Part shown: positions 20,530 through 31,061 of the stretch, piece by piece
How positions within the stretch are numbered: position 1 is the stretch's first letter
How the letters are laid out: every line of letters starts with the position of its first letter
Origin: Bdellovibrionales bacterium
GTDB lineage: Bacteria; Bdellovibrionota; Bdellovibrionia; Bdellovibrionales; UBA1609
Length of the DNA: 64,000 nucleotides
Assembly (NCBI GenBank): GCA_965199825.1
Contig: OZ241329.1
Span: 2,176,001-2,240,000 of the forward strand
Reading direction: 5' to 3'
Program-made: the position numbers and the translations under genes
The notes under the pieces: model-generated
What the model saw: the letters and a program-made list of their open reading frames with translations, nothing else
What the model was told of the DNA's origin: nothing
Database searches by the model: none

Positions 20530-20963
20530 TGGGTGAGCTCTTCAAAATCAGATTTTTCAACCGGGGTGATCGAGAGGCGATTGCCTTTTTTTAAAATTGC
20601 AAGCTCAGGAGTTTTGGTTTTGATTTCGTTTAAAGGCAAAAAATCGAGCGTTTTAACAAACTCAATTTCAACACAAAACCAGCGCGGATTTTGTTTGCTA
20701 CTTTTGGGATCAAAAAATTCTCCCTTGATTTCAAACTGGGTGGGATCACTTTGAGCTGGCCTTTTGACTTTTGCCACACCCGAAATTCCTGGGGGTGTAC
20801 AATTGGAATGATAAAATAAGATGAGATCGCCCGGTTTCATCTCGTTCATCATAAAATTGCGGGCTTGGTAATTTCGAATCCCAGTCCAAAGGGTTGATTT
20901 TACTTTTTTAAGATCTTCAATCGAAAAACTTGAAGGTTCAGATTTCATCAGCCAATAGCGCAT
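20526..20963 (-). CDS. EVE domain protein
   Basis: YWLMKSEP, WTGIRNYQARN, FYHSNC, RLSITPV. Confidence 0.93.
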   Translation of the reverse strand: MRYWLMKSEPSSFSIEDLKKVKSTLWTGIRNYQARNFMMNEMKPGDLILFYHSNCTPPGISGVAKVKRPAQSDPTQFEIKGEFFDPKSSKQNPRWFCVEIEFVKTLDFLPLNEIKTKTPELAILKKGNRLSITPVEKSDFEELTQ

Positions 20964-21039
20964 AAGAGCTGTTGAACCTAACCAACATTGACCGCTTGCT
21001 CAATCTAGTTTTTTATAAGCCCTAAAAAGGAGAACTTGA

Positions 21040-22443
21040 ATGGCGTCACGAATTGAAAAAGATAGCATGGGCGAAATCGCAGTGCCCCAAAATAGCTTGT
21101 GGGGAGCCCAGACCCAGCGCTCGATCGAAAATTTTAAGATTGGCGGCGATCGATTTCCGCGCGCGATGATTCGGGCCTTAGGGATCCTAAAAAAAGCGGC
21201 GGCCTTGGCCAATGCCGACCTCAAACTTCTTGATCTTGAAAAATCAAAAAAAATTGCTAAGGCCGCAGACGAGGTGATCGAGGGAAAATTGGATGAGCAA
21301 TTTCCACTCGTCGTTTGGCAAACGGGTAGCGGCACCCAAACCAATATGAATGCCAACGAGGTGATTGCCAACCGTGCGATCCAAATTGGCGGAGGACAAA
21401 TTGGTGATAAGAGTGTGCATCCCAATGATGACGTCAATAAAGCCCAATCGAGCAACGACACCTTTCCCACTGCGATGCACATTGCAGCCGCCGAAATGGT
21501 GCATCACCAACTTTTGCCAGCTTTACAAAAAATTGAAGCAGGGCTTTTGATCAAACAAAAAGAATTTAGCTCAATTGTTAAAATTGGCCGTACCCATTTG
21601 ATGGATGCGGTCCCTTTAACCCTGGGGCAAGAATTTTCTGGCTACATTCAACAGGTCAAAATGGCTCAAGTGCGACTCAAATCAAATTTAGAACCGGTTT
21701 ATGAGCTTGCTCTCGGCGGAACCGCTGTGGGTACAGGTCTCAATACGCATCCCGATTTTTCACAAAAAGCCTGTGAGCAAATTGCTTCAGAAACCGGTCT
21801 GCCATTTCGATCGGCCCCCAATAAATTTGAGGCTTTAGCTGCTCATGATGCGATGGTGCAACTCAGTGGAACCTTAAAAACCATCGCTTGCTCGTTTATG
21901 AAGATCGCAAATGATTTTCGTTTACTCGGCAGCGGTCCGCGCTGTGGATTTGGTGAACTGTTTTTACCCGCCAATGAGCCCGGCAGCTCGATCATGCCCG
22001 GAAAAGTCAACCCCACCCAATCTGAAGCGATGACTATGGTCTGCGCTCAGGTGATCGGCAACGACATGGCCGTTGCGGTTGGTGGCGCCACCGGGCATTT
22101 TGAACTCAATGTTTTTAAGCCGCTGATTATTCATAATGTTTTAAAAAGTATTCAGCTGTTGAGTGATGCGGTGACGTCATTTGACGAGCATTGCGTAAAA
22201 AATGTTAAAGCCAACACCTCACAAATCGAAAAGCATCTCGAAAATTCTTTGATGCTGGTGACAGCACTCAATCCTTATATCGGCTACGACAAGGCAGCTA
22301 AAATCGCAAAACTTGCGTTTGATAAAAATTTGACCTTAAAGGCTGCAGCCTTGGAGCTTAAATATTTGTCGGCAGAGGATTTTGACAAATACATTCAGCC
22401 TGATCAAATGCTTGGACCAGGAGCAAATCTTTCTGGAGCTTAA
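21040..22443 (+). CDS. fumC: Class II fumarate hydratase
   Basis: [34 protein letters not shown]. Confidence 0.97.
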   Translation: MASRIEKDSMGEIAVPQNSLWGAQTQRSIENFKIGGDRFPRAMIRALGILKKAAALANADLKLLDLEKSKKIAKAADEVIEGKLDEQFPLVVWQTGSGTQTNMNANEVIANRAIQIGGGQIGDKSVHPNDDVNKAQSSNDTFPTAMHIAAAEMVHHQLLPALQKIEAGLLIKQKEFSSIVKIGRTHLMDAVPLTLGQEFSGYIQQVKMAQVRLKSNLEPVYELALGGTAVGTGLNTHPDFSQKACEQIASETGLPFRSAPNKFEALAAHDAMVQLSGTLKTIACSFMKIANDFRLLGSGPRCGFGELFLPANEPGSSIMPGKVNPTQSEAMTMVCAQVIGNDMAVAVGGATGHFELNVFKPLIIHNVLKSIQLLSDAVTSFDEHCVKNVKANTSQIEKHLENSLMLVTALNPYIGYDKAAKIAKLAFDKNLTLKAAALELKYLSAEDFDKYIQPDQMLGPGANLSGA

Positions 22444-22445
22444 AA

Positions 22446-22988
22446 ATGGATAAGAATATCAGCGTCTTTTGCAGCTCGCTCAACACCTTGGCACCTCTTC
22501 ATTTTGCGGTGACCGAGGATGTGGGGCGCCTGCTCTCAGAACTCAAATTTAGGGTGTATTACGGGGGAACAGATCAAGGTCTTATGGGCTCGCTTGCGAC
22601 AGGTGTAAAAAAAAACGGCGGCGAGCTCGTCGGCATTTTGCCAAAGAGCGAGTATTTTTCTGACAAAGCCTCAAAAGGGCTTAACCATTTGGTTGAGGTC
22701 GAAACCTTAAGTGATCGAAAAAACAAATTAATAGAAGCTTCAACGGTGTGTCTGGTCTTACCTGGAGGCATTGGCACCCTCGACGAGCTCTTTGATGTGC
22801 TTGCTCTCAATAGTGTGTCGCGAGAGAAAAAAACAATTTTACTTTATAATGAGCTTAAATTTTTTGATCCCTTGCTCGATATGCTGGACCTTTACACCGA
22901 GCAAGGCTTCATAAATGCCGAACACTTAAGTATACTCAAGGAAATTAAAAGTCTCGATCATCTCAAAGACTTTCTTGAGGGGCTATGA
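22446..22988 (+). CDS. LOG-family nucleotide phosphoribohydrolase
   Basis: YYGG...GLMG, DRK, PGGIGTLDE. Confidence 0.9.
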   Translation: MDKNISVFCSSLNTLAPLHFAVTEDVGRLLSELKFRVYYGGTDQGLMGSLATGVKKNGGELVGILPKSEYFSDKASKGLNHLVEVETLSDRKNKLIEASTVCLVLPGGIGTLDELFDVLALNSVSREKKTILLYNELKFFDPLLDMLDLYTEQGFINAEHLSILKEIKSLDHLKDFLEGL

Positions 22989-23836
22989 CCATCGCAAAAA
23001 AATTTGATTGGCTCGATGGCGATCAAATTCGTCCATATGTTTATGTGCGACCCGAAAATGAAATTGAATCACCCGGCACCTTTGCTCAGTGCGATTGGTT
23101 TCCATTTGCGCCAATAAAAAAAAATCCCTTAAAAGTCTCAGAAGTCGATTTTGCCAACCAAATTTTGAATCTTGAGGCGAGCGCATTCCATAGTTCGCAG
23201 ATGGCCATGCCGCGATGGGTTTTTTTTGATTGTGCAATTATGCCGGGCATTGTGACCGGATTTGCCACTCGCACAAAAAATTTAAATCAAAAAATGATCG
23301 ATCTCTTAAAGCCCGATCCAAAGTCGGAGTGGTCGCCGCTTTCCTTATTTATAATTATTCCGACCAGCGGCAAAGAGTGGGTGGCTCATAACTTGTGTTC
23401 GATCAATTCGGAACTTGATCCTGTCGATCAGTTTTATGGACTTGGATTTTTGTCTAAGGCTTTTGGACTGTGGTACGCCAATATCGAAGTGTGTTGCGGT
23501 ATGACTCAATGGAACGGCCATGCCCTCAAACTTCATTCACACTATGGTGCGCTCGAAGTTCTGACATCTTATACCCCTGTTCATTCTTTTCCAGAGACTT
23601 TGACCTACCGACTCAAAGTGGATTCCGATTACTGGAATTGTTTTTTTAATAAAAAGCCCTCGGATCATTTTCATGCGACTTATAAGCCCACATCGCTTCA
23701 AGTGGAGCCTTTAAATGTTTTGAGCCTTCAAAAATTACAAGGTTTGATCGAGCAAGGGGAGGGTCCATTTTTTCTCGACGGTGATGAAATCCGTAAAAAT
23801 GGCAAACCCTCTTTGACAGTCTATCAGTCAAAATGA
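22985..23836 (+). CDS. Hypothetical protein, possibly GNAT-like fold
   Basis: 283-aa ORF coupled to the LOG gene (ATGA overlap); FYGLGFL and NGHALKLHSHYG resemble GNAT motifs A/B. Confidence 0.6.
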   Translation: MTIAKKFDWLDGDQIRPYVYVRPENEIESPGTFAQCDWFPFAPIKKNPLKVSEVDFANQILNLEASAFHSSQMAMPRWVFFDCAIMPGIVTGFATRTKNLNQKMIDLLKPDPKSEWSPLSLFIIIPTSGKEWVAHNLCSINSELDPVDQFYGLGFLSKAFGLWYANIEVCCGMTQWNGHALKLHSHYGALEVLTSYTPVHSFPETLTYRLKVDSDYWNCFFNKKPSDHFHATYKPTSLQVEPLNVLSLQKLQGLIEQGEGPFFLDGDEIRKNGKPSLTVYQSK

Positions 23837-23848
23837 TTATATGGCCTG

Positions 23849-24247
23849 ATGCAAACACAACTTCCTCCCGTGGCTCAAAAGGTTTATCAATTTTGTAAGA
23901 AATGTGATTGTGAGCGCTACCATGTGGTTTTGGCTCACGTGGATTCCGAAACCGCGAAACTAGAATGTGAAGTTTGCAAAAAAAAATCGCGGATGAGCAT
24001 CAAGAAAAAAGTGGCCAAGCCCAGAAAGTCGGCGACACCCAAAGTCTCCTCAGCTGATAAATGGAGTGAGCTTATTGAGCGCAACTCCACCGATGCGTCG
24101 CCTTATAATCAAAAATCAAAATATTCGACCAACACCAAAATTGATCACGCCCGTTTTGGATTGGGTGTTGTGACTGGTGTTGTTGGCAATCAAATGGAAG
24201 TTGTTTTTGAAGACGGAATAAAATCTCTCGTTCACAATCGCCCATGA
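23849..24247 (+). CDS. Zn-ribbon plus Tudor-like (UvrD/PcrA-CTD-like) small protein
   Basis: CKKC...CEVC, Lys-rich linker, IDHARFGLGVV...EVVFEDGIKSL. Confidence 0.65.
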   Translation: MQTQLPPVAQKVYQFCKKCDCERYHVVLAHVDSETAKLECEVCKKKSRMSIKKKVAKPRKSATPKVSSADKWSELIERNSTDASPYNQKSKYSTNTKIDHARFGLGVVTGVVGNQMEVVFEDGIKSLVHNRP

Positions 24248-25257
24248 AGATTACGACCTACAATTTATGGCATGGGCTCAATGCCCGTGGGACGCTTGAA
24301 TTTGAGCGGCTTGAGCCTCTTGCTCGAACCTTAAATCGCAATATCGAGCAACTGCGCATGATGCAAAAATCAGATTCCCAGATCTTTTTTTTTCAAGAGG
24401 TCAACCCTCTCAGACTTCGGATAAAAGAATTTGAAAAATTAGGTTTTGAAGTCCACGCCCATGCCGACAATTTGGGGCTAAAACTTTTTGGATTTGGTTT
24501 TCCTTCAAACCTCAAGTCCGGTTTGGTGATCGCACTTAAAAAACCCTCAATCTCCAAACTGGTGATGGCCCTTAAACTGAGCGGAACTCCGCTCTCGGTG
24601 GATTCGCCTCTTTTCTCTTTGCAGTTAAAAGAAAATCGCTACGCGCTTTTGGTTGAAACCTTTGTGACCGAAATAGGGCGGGTGCTCCTGGTGAATACCC
24701 ATCTGCATCACGGCCCTGAATTCACCACCGATTTAAAACTAAAGCTTTTAAGTTGGAGTGAATCGGAAAAAGTTCCCTCACGCTTTTTAAAAATCGTCGA
24801 GAAGTCTCTCCTTCAAGGTGAAAAGCGCCGCCTCGCTGAAGTGGATCTTTTATTAAAAACTCTTTTGCCATTAAAATCAGAATACGATGCCATCGTTTTG
24901 GGTGGCGATCTTAATTTTTCACCAAACAGTCCGCTTAAGACTAAACTGATTGAGTTTGGTTTTGTAGACAGTTGCAATAAAGAGTATTTGACCTTTGATA
25001 GCGATCACAACACCACTCATCTGCTCACAAAAGATTTTGAACTTCCTGTAAAGGTTGCAGTCGGGACCCCGGGTGCCAAAAAATTGCGAGTCTTACTCAC
25101 AAACCACGATCAACGCCCCCGCCGGATTGACTATGTCTTTGTGTTTTCGGGCTCTCATCGGGTAAAAGAAATTTCGAGTCATCTTGTGAAATCACCAACC
25201 GAAATCGAAGTCTCCGATCATTATGGTGTGGAGGCCTCTGTCGAGTTTGTAAAATGA
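24244..25257 (+). CDS. Endonuclease/exonuclease/phosphatase (EEP) family protein
   Basis: TYN, FQEV, NTHL, GDLN, RIDYVF, SDH catalytic motifs. Confidence 0.88.
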   Translation: MKITTYNLWHGLNARGTLEFERLEPLARTLNRNIEQLRMMQKSDSQIFFFQEVNPLRLRIKEFEKLGFEVHAHADNLGLKLFGFGFPSNLKSGLVIALKKPSISKLVMALKLSGTPLSVDSPLFSLQLKENRYALLVETFVTEIGRVLLVNTHLHHGPEFTTDLKLKLLSWSESEKVPSRFLKIVEKSLLQGEKRRLAEVDLLLKTLLPLKSEYDAIVLGGDLNFSPNSPLKTKLIEFGFVDSCNKEYLTFDSDHNTTHLLTKDFELPVKVAVGTPGAKKLRVLLTNHDQRPRRIDYVFVFSGSHRVKEISSHLVKSPTEIEVSDHYGVEASVEFVK

Positions 25258-25547
25258 AAATGAGAGATCAGATCGAACTTCAGCTTAAAAAATTAAATTC
25301 TGTTCATTTGAGCATCGAAGACGAAAGTCATCAGCACTCAAGAGGCCTTGAAACCCACTTCAAAGTGGTGCTTGTCAGCCAGGTATTTGAAGGGCTCTCT
25401 CGGATTCAGCGCTCGCGCTTGATTCACCAAGAACTTAACAACGAACTTCAAAAAATTCATTCACTCACCACACGATTGTTGACACCCCAAGAATGGCAGC
25501 TCGACAGCACAGTGCCGCAATCGCCCAAATGTCAAAATTCGAAGTAA
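25254..25547 (+). CDS. bolA: BolA family protein
   Basis: DESHQH, ETHFKVVLVS, IHSL, TPQEW. Confidence 0.88.
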   Translation: MKMRDQIELQLKKLNSVHLSIEDESHQHSRGLETHFKVVLVSQVFEGLSRIQRSRLIHQELNNELQKIHSLTTRLLTPQEWQLDSTVPQSPKCQNSK

Positions 25548-25556
25548 AGGAGCACG

Positions 25557-27236
25557 ATGTCGCACGAAATTATTTATACCATGAAGGGTGTTTCAAAAGT
25601 TTATCCACCCAATCGCTATGTCTTAAAAAATATTTACCTCTCTTATTTTTATGGCGCAAAAATCGGAGTGCTTGGGCTTAACGGCTCGGGGAAATCCTCA
25701 CTCTTAAGAATCATGGCCGCGGTGGACGCTGACTTTTTGGGTGAGGCCTTTCCGGCAAGAGATTTCAGAGTGGGATATCTCGAGCAAGAACCCCATCTCA
25801 ACATGAACAAGTCGGTAAAAGAAAACATCATGGAAGGACTTGGTCCCTTAGGTGGATGGCTTGATGATTTTCAAAAAATTTCTGAAAAGTTTAGTGATCC
25901 CGATCTTGATCCTGACCAAATGGAAAAAATGATTGAGCAGCAAGGAAAGCTGCAAGAAAAAATTGAAGCCGTCGACGGTTGGTCTGTCGACCAGACTCTT
26001 GAGCAAGCCATGGACGCACTTCGTTGCCCTCCGGGCGAGGCTCGAGTGGAGTATCTCTCAGGAGGAGAAAAGCGCCGTGTGGCTCTTGCCCGTTTGCTTC
26101 TGTCAAAACCTGATATTCTCCTTCTTGATGAGCCCACCAACCACTTGGATGCAGAGTCGGTGGGTTGGCTTGAAAATTTCTTGCACGAATTTCCGGGCAC
26201 CGTCATCGCTGTGACCCATGATCGTTATTTTTTGGATAATGTGGCCGGATGGATATTGGAGCTTGATCGTGGTGAGGGGATTCCGTGGAAGGGCAATTAC
26301 TCTTCCTGGCTCGATCAAAAGGATCGCCGTCTCCAACAAGAGCAACGTTCAGATTCGCGTAAATCAAAAACCCTTGAGCGCGAGCTGGAGTGGATTCGGA
26401 TGTCTCCAAAGGCGCGACAAGGAAAATCAAAAGCCAGAATTTCGGCCTACGAAAAATTACTCCAAGAGCCATCGCAAGAAAAACTTCAAGAACTCCAAAT
26501 CTATATTCCACCGGGCCCCCGATTGGGCGATGTGGTGGTCGAAGCCAAAGATGTGGCTAAAGGATTTGATGGAAATTTACTTTACGAAAATCTTAATTTC
26601 TCGATTCCCAAGGGGGCAATCGTTGGTGTGATCGGGCCCAATGGTGCTGGTAAAACCACGCTGTTTCGAATGATCACAGGCCAAGAAACACCAGACAAAG
26701 GAAGTTTCACAGTGGGCTCCACCGTGAAGCTTGCTTACATGGATCAATCTCGCGACGACTTGCAATTGGATAAAACCGTTTTTGAAGAAATTTCGGGCGG
26801 GGAAGATGTGATTCGTTTAGGGGGACGCGAAGTCGCCTCACGAGCGTATTGCTCATGGTTTAATTTTACCGGTACCGATCAGCAAAAACGGGTCAGAGAT
26901 CTTTCGGGTGGTGAAAAAAATCGGATGTACATGGCAAAGATGCTCAAAACCGGTGGCAATCTTTTGTTGCTCGATGAGCCCACCAACGATTTGGACGTCA
27001 ACACGATGAGAGCTTTAGAAGAAGCCCTCTTAGAGTACGCGGGTTGTGCGGTAATTATCAGCCATGATCGTTGGTTTTTAGATCGTGTGTGCACCCATAT
27101 TTTGGCCTTCGAAGGCGACTCGCATGTGGAATGGTACGTGGGCAATTATAGCGAGTACGAAGAAAATCTCAAATCTCGTTTGGGTGTCGACGCCATCACT
27201 CCTAAGCGGATCAAATACCGAAAAATTGTAAACTAA
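25557..27236 (+). CDS. ettA: Energy-dependent translational throttle ABC-F protein
   Basis: Two ABC domains (GLNGSGKS, GPNGAGKT), GAKIGVLG, RELEWIR, LLDEPTN twice. Confidence 0.95.
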   Translation: MSHEIIYTMKGVSKVYPPNRYVLKNIYLSYFYGAKIGVLGLNGSGKSSLLRIMAAVDADFLGEAFPARDFRVGYLEQEPHLNMNKSVKENIMEGLGPLGGWLDDFQKISEKFSDPDLDPDQMEKMIEQQGKLQEKIEAVDGWSVDQTLEQAMDALRCPPGEARVEYLSGGEKRRVALARLLLSKPDILLLDEPTNHLDAESVGWLENFLHEFPGTVIAVTHDRYFLDNVAGWILELDRGEGIPWKGNYSSWLDQKDRRLQQEQRSDSRKSKTLERELEWIRMSPKARQGKSKARISAYEKLLQEPSQEKLQELQIYIPPGPRLGDVVVEAKDVAKGFDGNLLYENLNFSIPKGAIVGVIGPNGAGKTTLFRMITGQETPDKGSFTVGSTVKLAYMDQSRDDLQLDKTVFEEISGGEDVIRLGGREVASRAYCSWFNFTGTDQQKRVRDLSGGEKNRMYMAKMLKTGGNLLLLDEPTNDLDVNTMRALEEALLEYAGCAVIISHDRWFLDRVCTHILAFEGDSHVEWYVGNYSEYEENLKSRLGVDAITPKRIKYRKIVN

Positions 27237-27242
27237 ATTTAG

Positions 27243-27258
27243 CGGCATTCTTTTTGCT
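27243..27258 (+). promoter_or_regulatory. Possible sigma-54 -24/-12 promoter
   Basis: CGGCATTCTTTTTGCT (GG-N10-GC) just upstream of ORF 27271; would imply a near-leaderless mRNA. Confidence 0.35.
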
Positions 27259-27270
27259 CAAACAAAAGGA

Positions 27271-27900
27271 ATGCTAGCTCTTTTATTTATTTCGATGCTC
27301 GGTTGGTCTCAGGACTTTAAAAATTCGTCCGTATTTAAAGAGACCGTTGAAACTTTAAATCCACTTTTTATTGAGAATCAAATTTCTCCCGACGAATTAA
27401 GTTTGATCATGGACCAACTAAAGGTCGCTGCGGCACTGGTTGATGTTCGAGGTCTTTTAACACGTCGTCATAATGAACAAGAACTGAATCTGCTTTTTAG
27501 CCAGACTTCATTCAAAATTATGGAATTAATCAAAAAGCTTAACGACGCTGATCTGAATCAAATGCCTCGAACACTTGGGCAATGGGTCACATCGGGCGAA
27601 CAAGATTCGATTTTGTTCACGCGCCAAACCCAAGTCATACTTTCATCGCTCAGATATATTCAAAGTGTTTTGTTTAGTGCATCGGATGCTGCAAAACTTC
27701 ACCGCCTTGAGGCCAATTATGGTGAAAAGTTGGAGCGAAGCTTTCAGCGATTCAATGTCACTTGCACCGAAGTTTTGGGGCTTTCCCACATTTGGTCAAG
27801 CAATCTCAATGGATTTAAGGTGTTGAGAAGTCTTCTTGAACAAGCCTCTCGCTCTTATGAAATTGGGGTTAAAAACAACCTTCGTTCACGATCTGAATAG
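27271..27900 (+). CDS. Hypothetical secreted helical protein
   Basis: Signal peptide MLALLFISMLGWS; no recognised domain. Confidence 0.65.
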   Translation: MLALLFISMLGWSQDFKNSSVFKETVETLNPLFIENQISPDELSLIMDQLKVAAALVDVRGLLTRRHNEQELNLLFSQTSFKIMELIKKLNDADLNQMPRTLGQWVTSGEQDSILFTRQTQVILSSLRYIQSVLFSASDAAKLHRLEANYGEKLERSFQRFNVTCTEVLGLSHIWSSNLNGFKVLRSLLEQASRSYEIGVKNNLRSRSE

Positions 27901-28356
27901 TTGAGCTAAGGGGCGGTAGGCATCAGCCACGCCTAAAAAATCATCGCTTGATCCGCCGTGGTCGGGATGAGCCGAAAAGCTTTTTCTGCGATAAAGTTTT
28001 TTAAGATGATCTTCGGTCAGAGTTTCTAGGTCACCGCCGCCCAATACTTGAAGGCATGCTTGCTCGAGAACATCGAGTTCTGAGACTTGAATTACCATTT
28101 TTAATTTGGGTCGAGGTGCCATGGGGCGAACGCCATAGAGGGTGCGAGCACGAGTGGTTTTGGATGTTTCAAAATTAAAATGAAGAAGAGGTTCTGCACG
28201 AAACTCAAACTTTGGTTGCTCCATTGTCGAGGGAGTTTCGAGGTTCATATGACTTTTTAAAATCTCTTTGAATGAACTCTTTGGCAGCATAAGAGACTTT
28301 TCGGCACGTTTTGAGATTTTCTCGAGAGTAAATTTCGCTAGACAAGGAGGTTTCAT
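27886..28356 (-). CDS. Protein with C-terminal J-domain fragment
   Basis: LKKLYRRKSFSAHPDHGG...AY; true start may be a downstream ATG. Confidence 0.7.
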   Translation of the reverse strand: MKPPCLAKFTLEKISKRAEKSLMLPKSSFKEILKSHMNLETPSTMEQPKFEFRAEPLLHFNFETSKTTRARTLYGVRPMAPRPKLKMVIQVSELDVLEQACLQVLGGGDLETLTEDHLKKLYRRKSFSAHPDHGGSSDDFLGVADAYRPLAQLFRS

Positions 28357-28427
28357 CCAGTATCATGTCCAGGAGGGTTTAACGCGATTTCATAAACAAA
28401 TTTCTTATTCATCTGGAGGGTAAGACA

Positions 28428-28817
28428 ATGGCAACCGCAACAAAGAAAAAAACATCGAAGAAAGCACCGGTAAAAAAAGCGGCTAAGACAGCTGATAAAC
28501 CAGCTGCTAAGGCTGCAAAAAAAACCGCAGCTCCAAAAAAAGCGGCAACAAGCAAAAAAGCTTCTGGACGTAAGCCAAACGCCGCATTTATGCGTCCTTT
28601 GACTCCAAGTGCAGCTCTAGCCGAAGTGGTGGGCGCAAAACCTCTACCACGTACAGAGGTTGTAAAAAAACTCTGGGCTTACATCCGTAAAATGAATCTT
28701 CAGGATCCAAAAAATCGTCGCAACATCAATGCGGATGCAAAACTCAAAACGATTTTTGGCAAAGCCACAGTTTCAATGTTTGAAATGACAAAAATTGTTT
28801 CAAAACACCTGACCTGA
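28428..28817 (+). CDS. SWIB/MDM2-domain protein with histone-H1-like Lys/Ala-rich N-terminus
   Basis: PSAALAEVVG...RTEVVKKLWAYIRKMNLQDPKNRRNINAD; GGAGG RBS. Confidence 0.92.
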   Translation: MATATKKKTSKKAPVKKAAKTADKPAAKAAKKTAAPKKAATSKKASGRKPNAAFMRPLTPSAALAEVVGAKPLPRTEVVKKLWAYIRKMNLQDPKNRRNINADAKLKTIFGKATVSMFEMTKIVSKHLT

Positions 28818-28836
28818 AGCCGTCTCGTCTTTAAAT

Positions 28837-28869
28837 AAAAAAGCTCGCTGATCTCGGCGGGCTTTTTTT
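28837..28869 (+). terminator. Rho-independent terminator (potentially bidirectional)
   Basis: AAAAA-AGCTCGCTG-atct-CGGCGGGCT-TTTTTT hairpin after the SWIB gene. Confidence 0.8.
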
Positions 28870-28899
28870 ATTTGTGCTCCTCTGATACTAATTCTTCCA

Positions 28900-29655
28900 A
28901 TGACACCTCTTAATTCTGACGAAATAAAATTAATGAAAGCCTCGTGCCAGCTGGCAGCCCGTCTCTTAGAGCATGTGGGTCGGTTTGTAACGGTCGGCGT
29001 ATCAACCAATGAACTCAATCAAATAGCTGATGAATTTACCCGCTCTCACGGCGCCACGCCTGCGCCACTCGGGTATCATGGCTTTCCCAAATCGATTTGC
29101 ACCTCGATCAATTCTTGTGTGTGTCACGGAGTGCCTGATGAAACCAAACTTCAATCGGGCGATATCATCAATGTGGATGTGACCACTTTGCTCAATGGAT
29201 TTTACGGCGATACCTCGGCCACTTTTTTCGTGGGCCAAAAAACCTTGCAAGCCGAACGGCTTGTTCAGTGCGCCAAGGATGCAATGTTTAAAGGAATCGA
29301 TGAGGTCCTGCCTTTTGCGACCACTGGCGATATTGGTTTTGCGGTAAATAAATTTGTGAGCAAACAAGGATACACCACGGTCAAAGACATCGGGGGCCAC
29401 GGTATTGGTCGCACTTTTCATGATGATCCCTTTGTGCCGTCCTACGGCAAAAAAGGTCGTGGTGAAAAATTAAGGCCTTGGTGCTGTTTGACGGTTGAGC
29501 CCATGATCAACGAAACCGCAGCAAAGTTAATCGAAAAGCCAATTCCTGGATCTACAATAAAATATTACGAAACCGCAGACAGTTGTCTCTCGGCGCAATT
29601 TGAACACACAATATTGATCACAGATAAAGGACATGAGATCTTAACGCTCTTGTAA
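28900..29655 (+). CDS. map: Methionine aminopeptidase type I
   Basis: [45 protein letters not shown]. Confidence 0.96.
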   Translation: MTPLNSDEIKLMKASCQLAARLLEHVGRFVTVGVSTNELNQIADEFTRSHGATPAPLGYHGFPKSICTSINSCVCHGVPDETKLQSGDIINVDVTTLLNGFYGDTSATFFVGQKTLQAERLVQCAKDAMFKGIDEVLPFATTGDIGFAVNKFVSKQGYTTVKDIGGHGIGRTFHDDPFVPSYGKKGRGEKLRPWCCLTVEPMINETAAKLIEKPIPGSTIKYYETADSCLSAQFEHTILITDKGHEILTLL

Positions 29656-29678
29656 CTTTAAAAAAAAGGACGACACAT

Positions 29679-31061
29679 TTGAAAAACCCGGTGGAAACAA
29701 AAAAATCAAAGCCCACATCAAAATTGATGGCTGTTAAAACTCCCGATTACAAAGTTTGTAAAGAGGCGATGAACGATCCCAAACAATTTGCCGAACTTGC
29801 ACGTTGGGGTCGCGAAGAGATTCGGATTGCAGAGACCGAAATGCCAGGCCTGATGTCTTTAAGACAAGAGTTCGGTAAGAAAAAACCTCTCAAAGGATCG
29901 CGCATCACCGGTTGCCTTCATATGACCATTCAAACTGCGGTGCTGATGGAAACTTTGATTGAACTTGGCGCAGAGATTCGTTGGTCGTCGTGCAATATCT
30001 ATTCGACCCAAGATCATGCAGCGGTGGCGATGGCGGCCGCAGGAATTCCTGTTTATGCTTGGAAGGGCGAAACCGATGAGGAATTCAATTGGTGTATCGA
30101 GCAAACAATCACAGGTTGGGGCGATGACGGATTTGATTTGATTTTGGATGACGGCGGCGATCTGACCAACATGATGCACGAGCCGCGTTTCAATGTGATG
30201 ATCAAAAAAATCAAAGGGCTTTCTGAAGAAACCACCACGGGCATTCACAATCTTGAGCGTATGCTTTCAGAGGGTCGACTCAAAGTTCCGGCAATCAATG
30301 TCAATGATTCGGTGACAAAAACAAAATTTGATAATCTCTATGGCTGCCGCGAATCTTTGGCCGATGGACTTAAGCGCGCAACCGATGTGATGCTTGCCGG
30401 AAAAATTGTTGTGGTCGCAGGTTACGGCGACGTGGGTAAAGGATGCGCGGCTTCACTCAAGAGCTATGGCTCGCGCGTTTTGGTTACCGAAATTGATCCG
30501 ATCTGTGCGCTGCAAGCCGCAATGGAAGGTTATGAAGTCACCACTATGGAGGAGGCCGCAAGTGTGGCCGATATTTTTGTGACCGCCACCGGGTGCTGCG
30601 ATATAATTAGCGATAAGCATTTTAAAAAAATGAAGTCGGGTGCGATTGTTTGCAACATTGGTCACTTTGATATTGAGATCGACATGGCGTGGCTCAATAA
30701 AAATACCAAAATGCGCGAGATCAAACCGCAAGTGGATATCCACAGTTTTAAAGACGGCAGAGACATTATTGTGCTCGCCAAAGGACGCCTCGTCAATTTG
30801 GGCTGTGCGACCGGGCATCCCAGTTTTGTGATGAGCAACTCGTTTACCAATCAGGTTTTGGCCCAAATGGAATTGTGGAACAATTTGCCTCAGTATAAAA
30901 AAATTGATGTTTATCGTTTGCCCAAACACTTGGATGAAAAAGTTGCGGCACTGCACTTGAATAAACTTGGTGTGAAGCTAACGTCTTTGAGTGACAAACA
31001 GAGTAAATATTTAGGCCTCGATAAAGCCGGACCATTTAAGTCCGAGCACTATCGCTATTAA
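29679..31061 (+). CDS. ahcY: Adenosylhomocysteinase
   Basis: [51 protein letters not shown]; start uncertain. Confidence 0.97.
   Translation: MKNPVETKKSKPTSKLMAVKTPDYKVCKEAMNDPKQFAELARWGREEIRIAETEMPGLMSLRQEFGKKKPLKGSRITGCLHMTIQTAVLMETLIELGAEIRWSSCNIYSTQDHAAVAMAAAGIPVYAWKGETDEEFNWCIEQTITGWGDDGFDLILDDGGDLTNMMHEPRFNVMIKKIKGLSEETTTGIHNLERMLSEGRLKVPAINVNDSVTKTKFDNLYGCRESLADGLKRATDVMLAGKIVVVAGYGDVGKGCAASLKSYGSRVLVTEIDPICALQAAMEGYEVTTMEEAASVADIFVTATGCCDIISDKHFKKMKSGAIVCNIGHFDIEIDMAWLNKNTKMREIKPQVDIHSFKDGRDIIVLAKGRLVNLGCATGHPSFVMSNSFTNQVLAQMELWNNLPQYKKIDVYRLPKHLDEKVAALHLNKLGVKLTSLSDKQSKYLGLDKAGPFKSEHYRY

Noticed and set aside
21000..21482. Long antisense ORFs within fumC, ettA, ahcY, map and the kinases
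   Set aside because: Shadow frames of well-supported genes, with no motifs of their own
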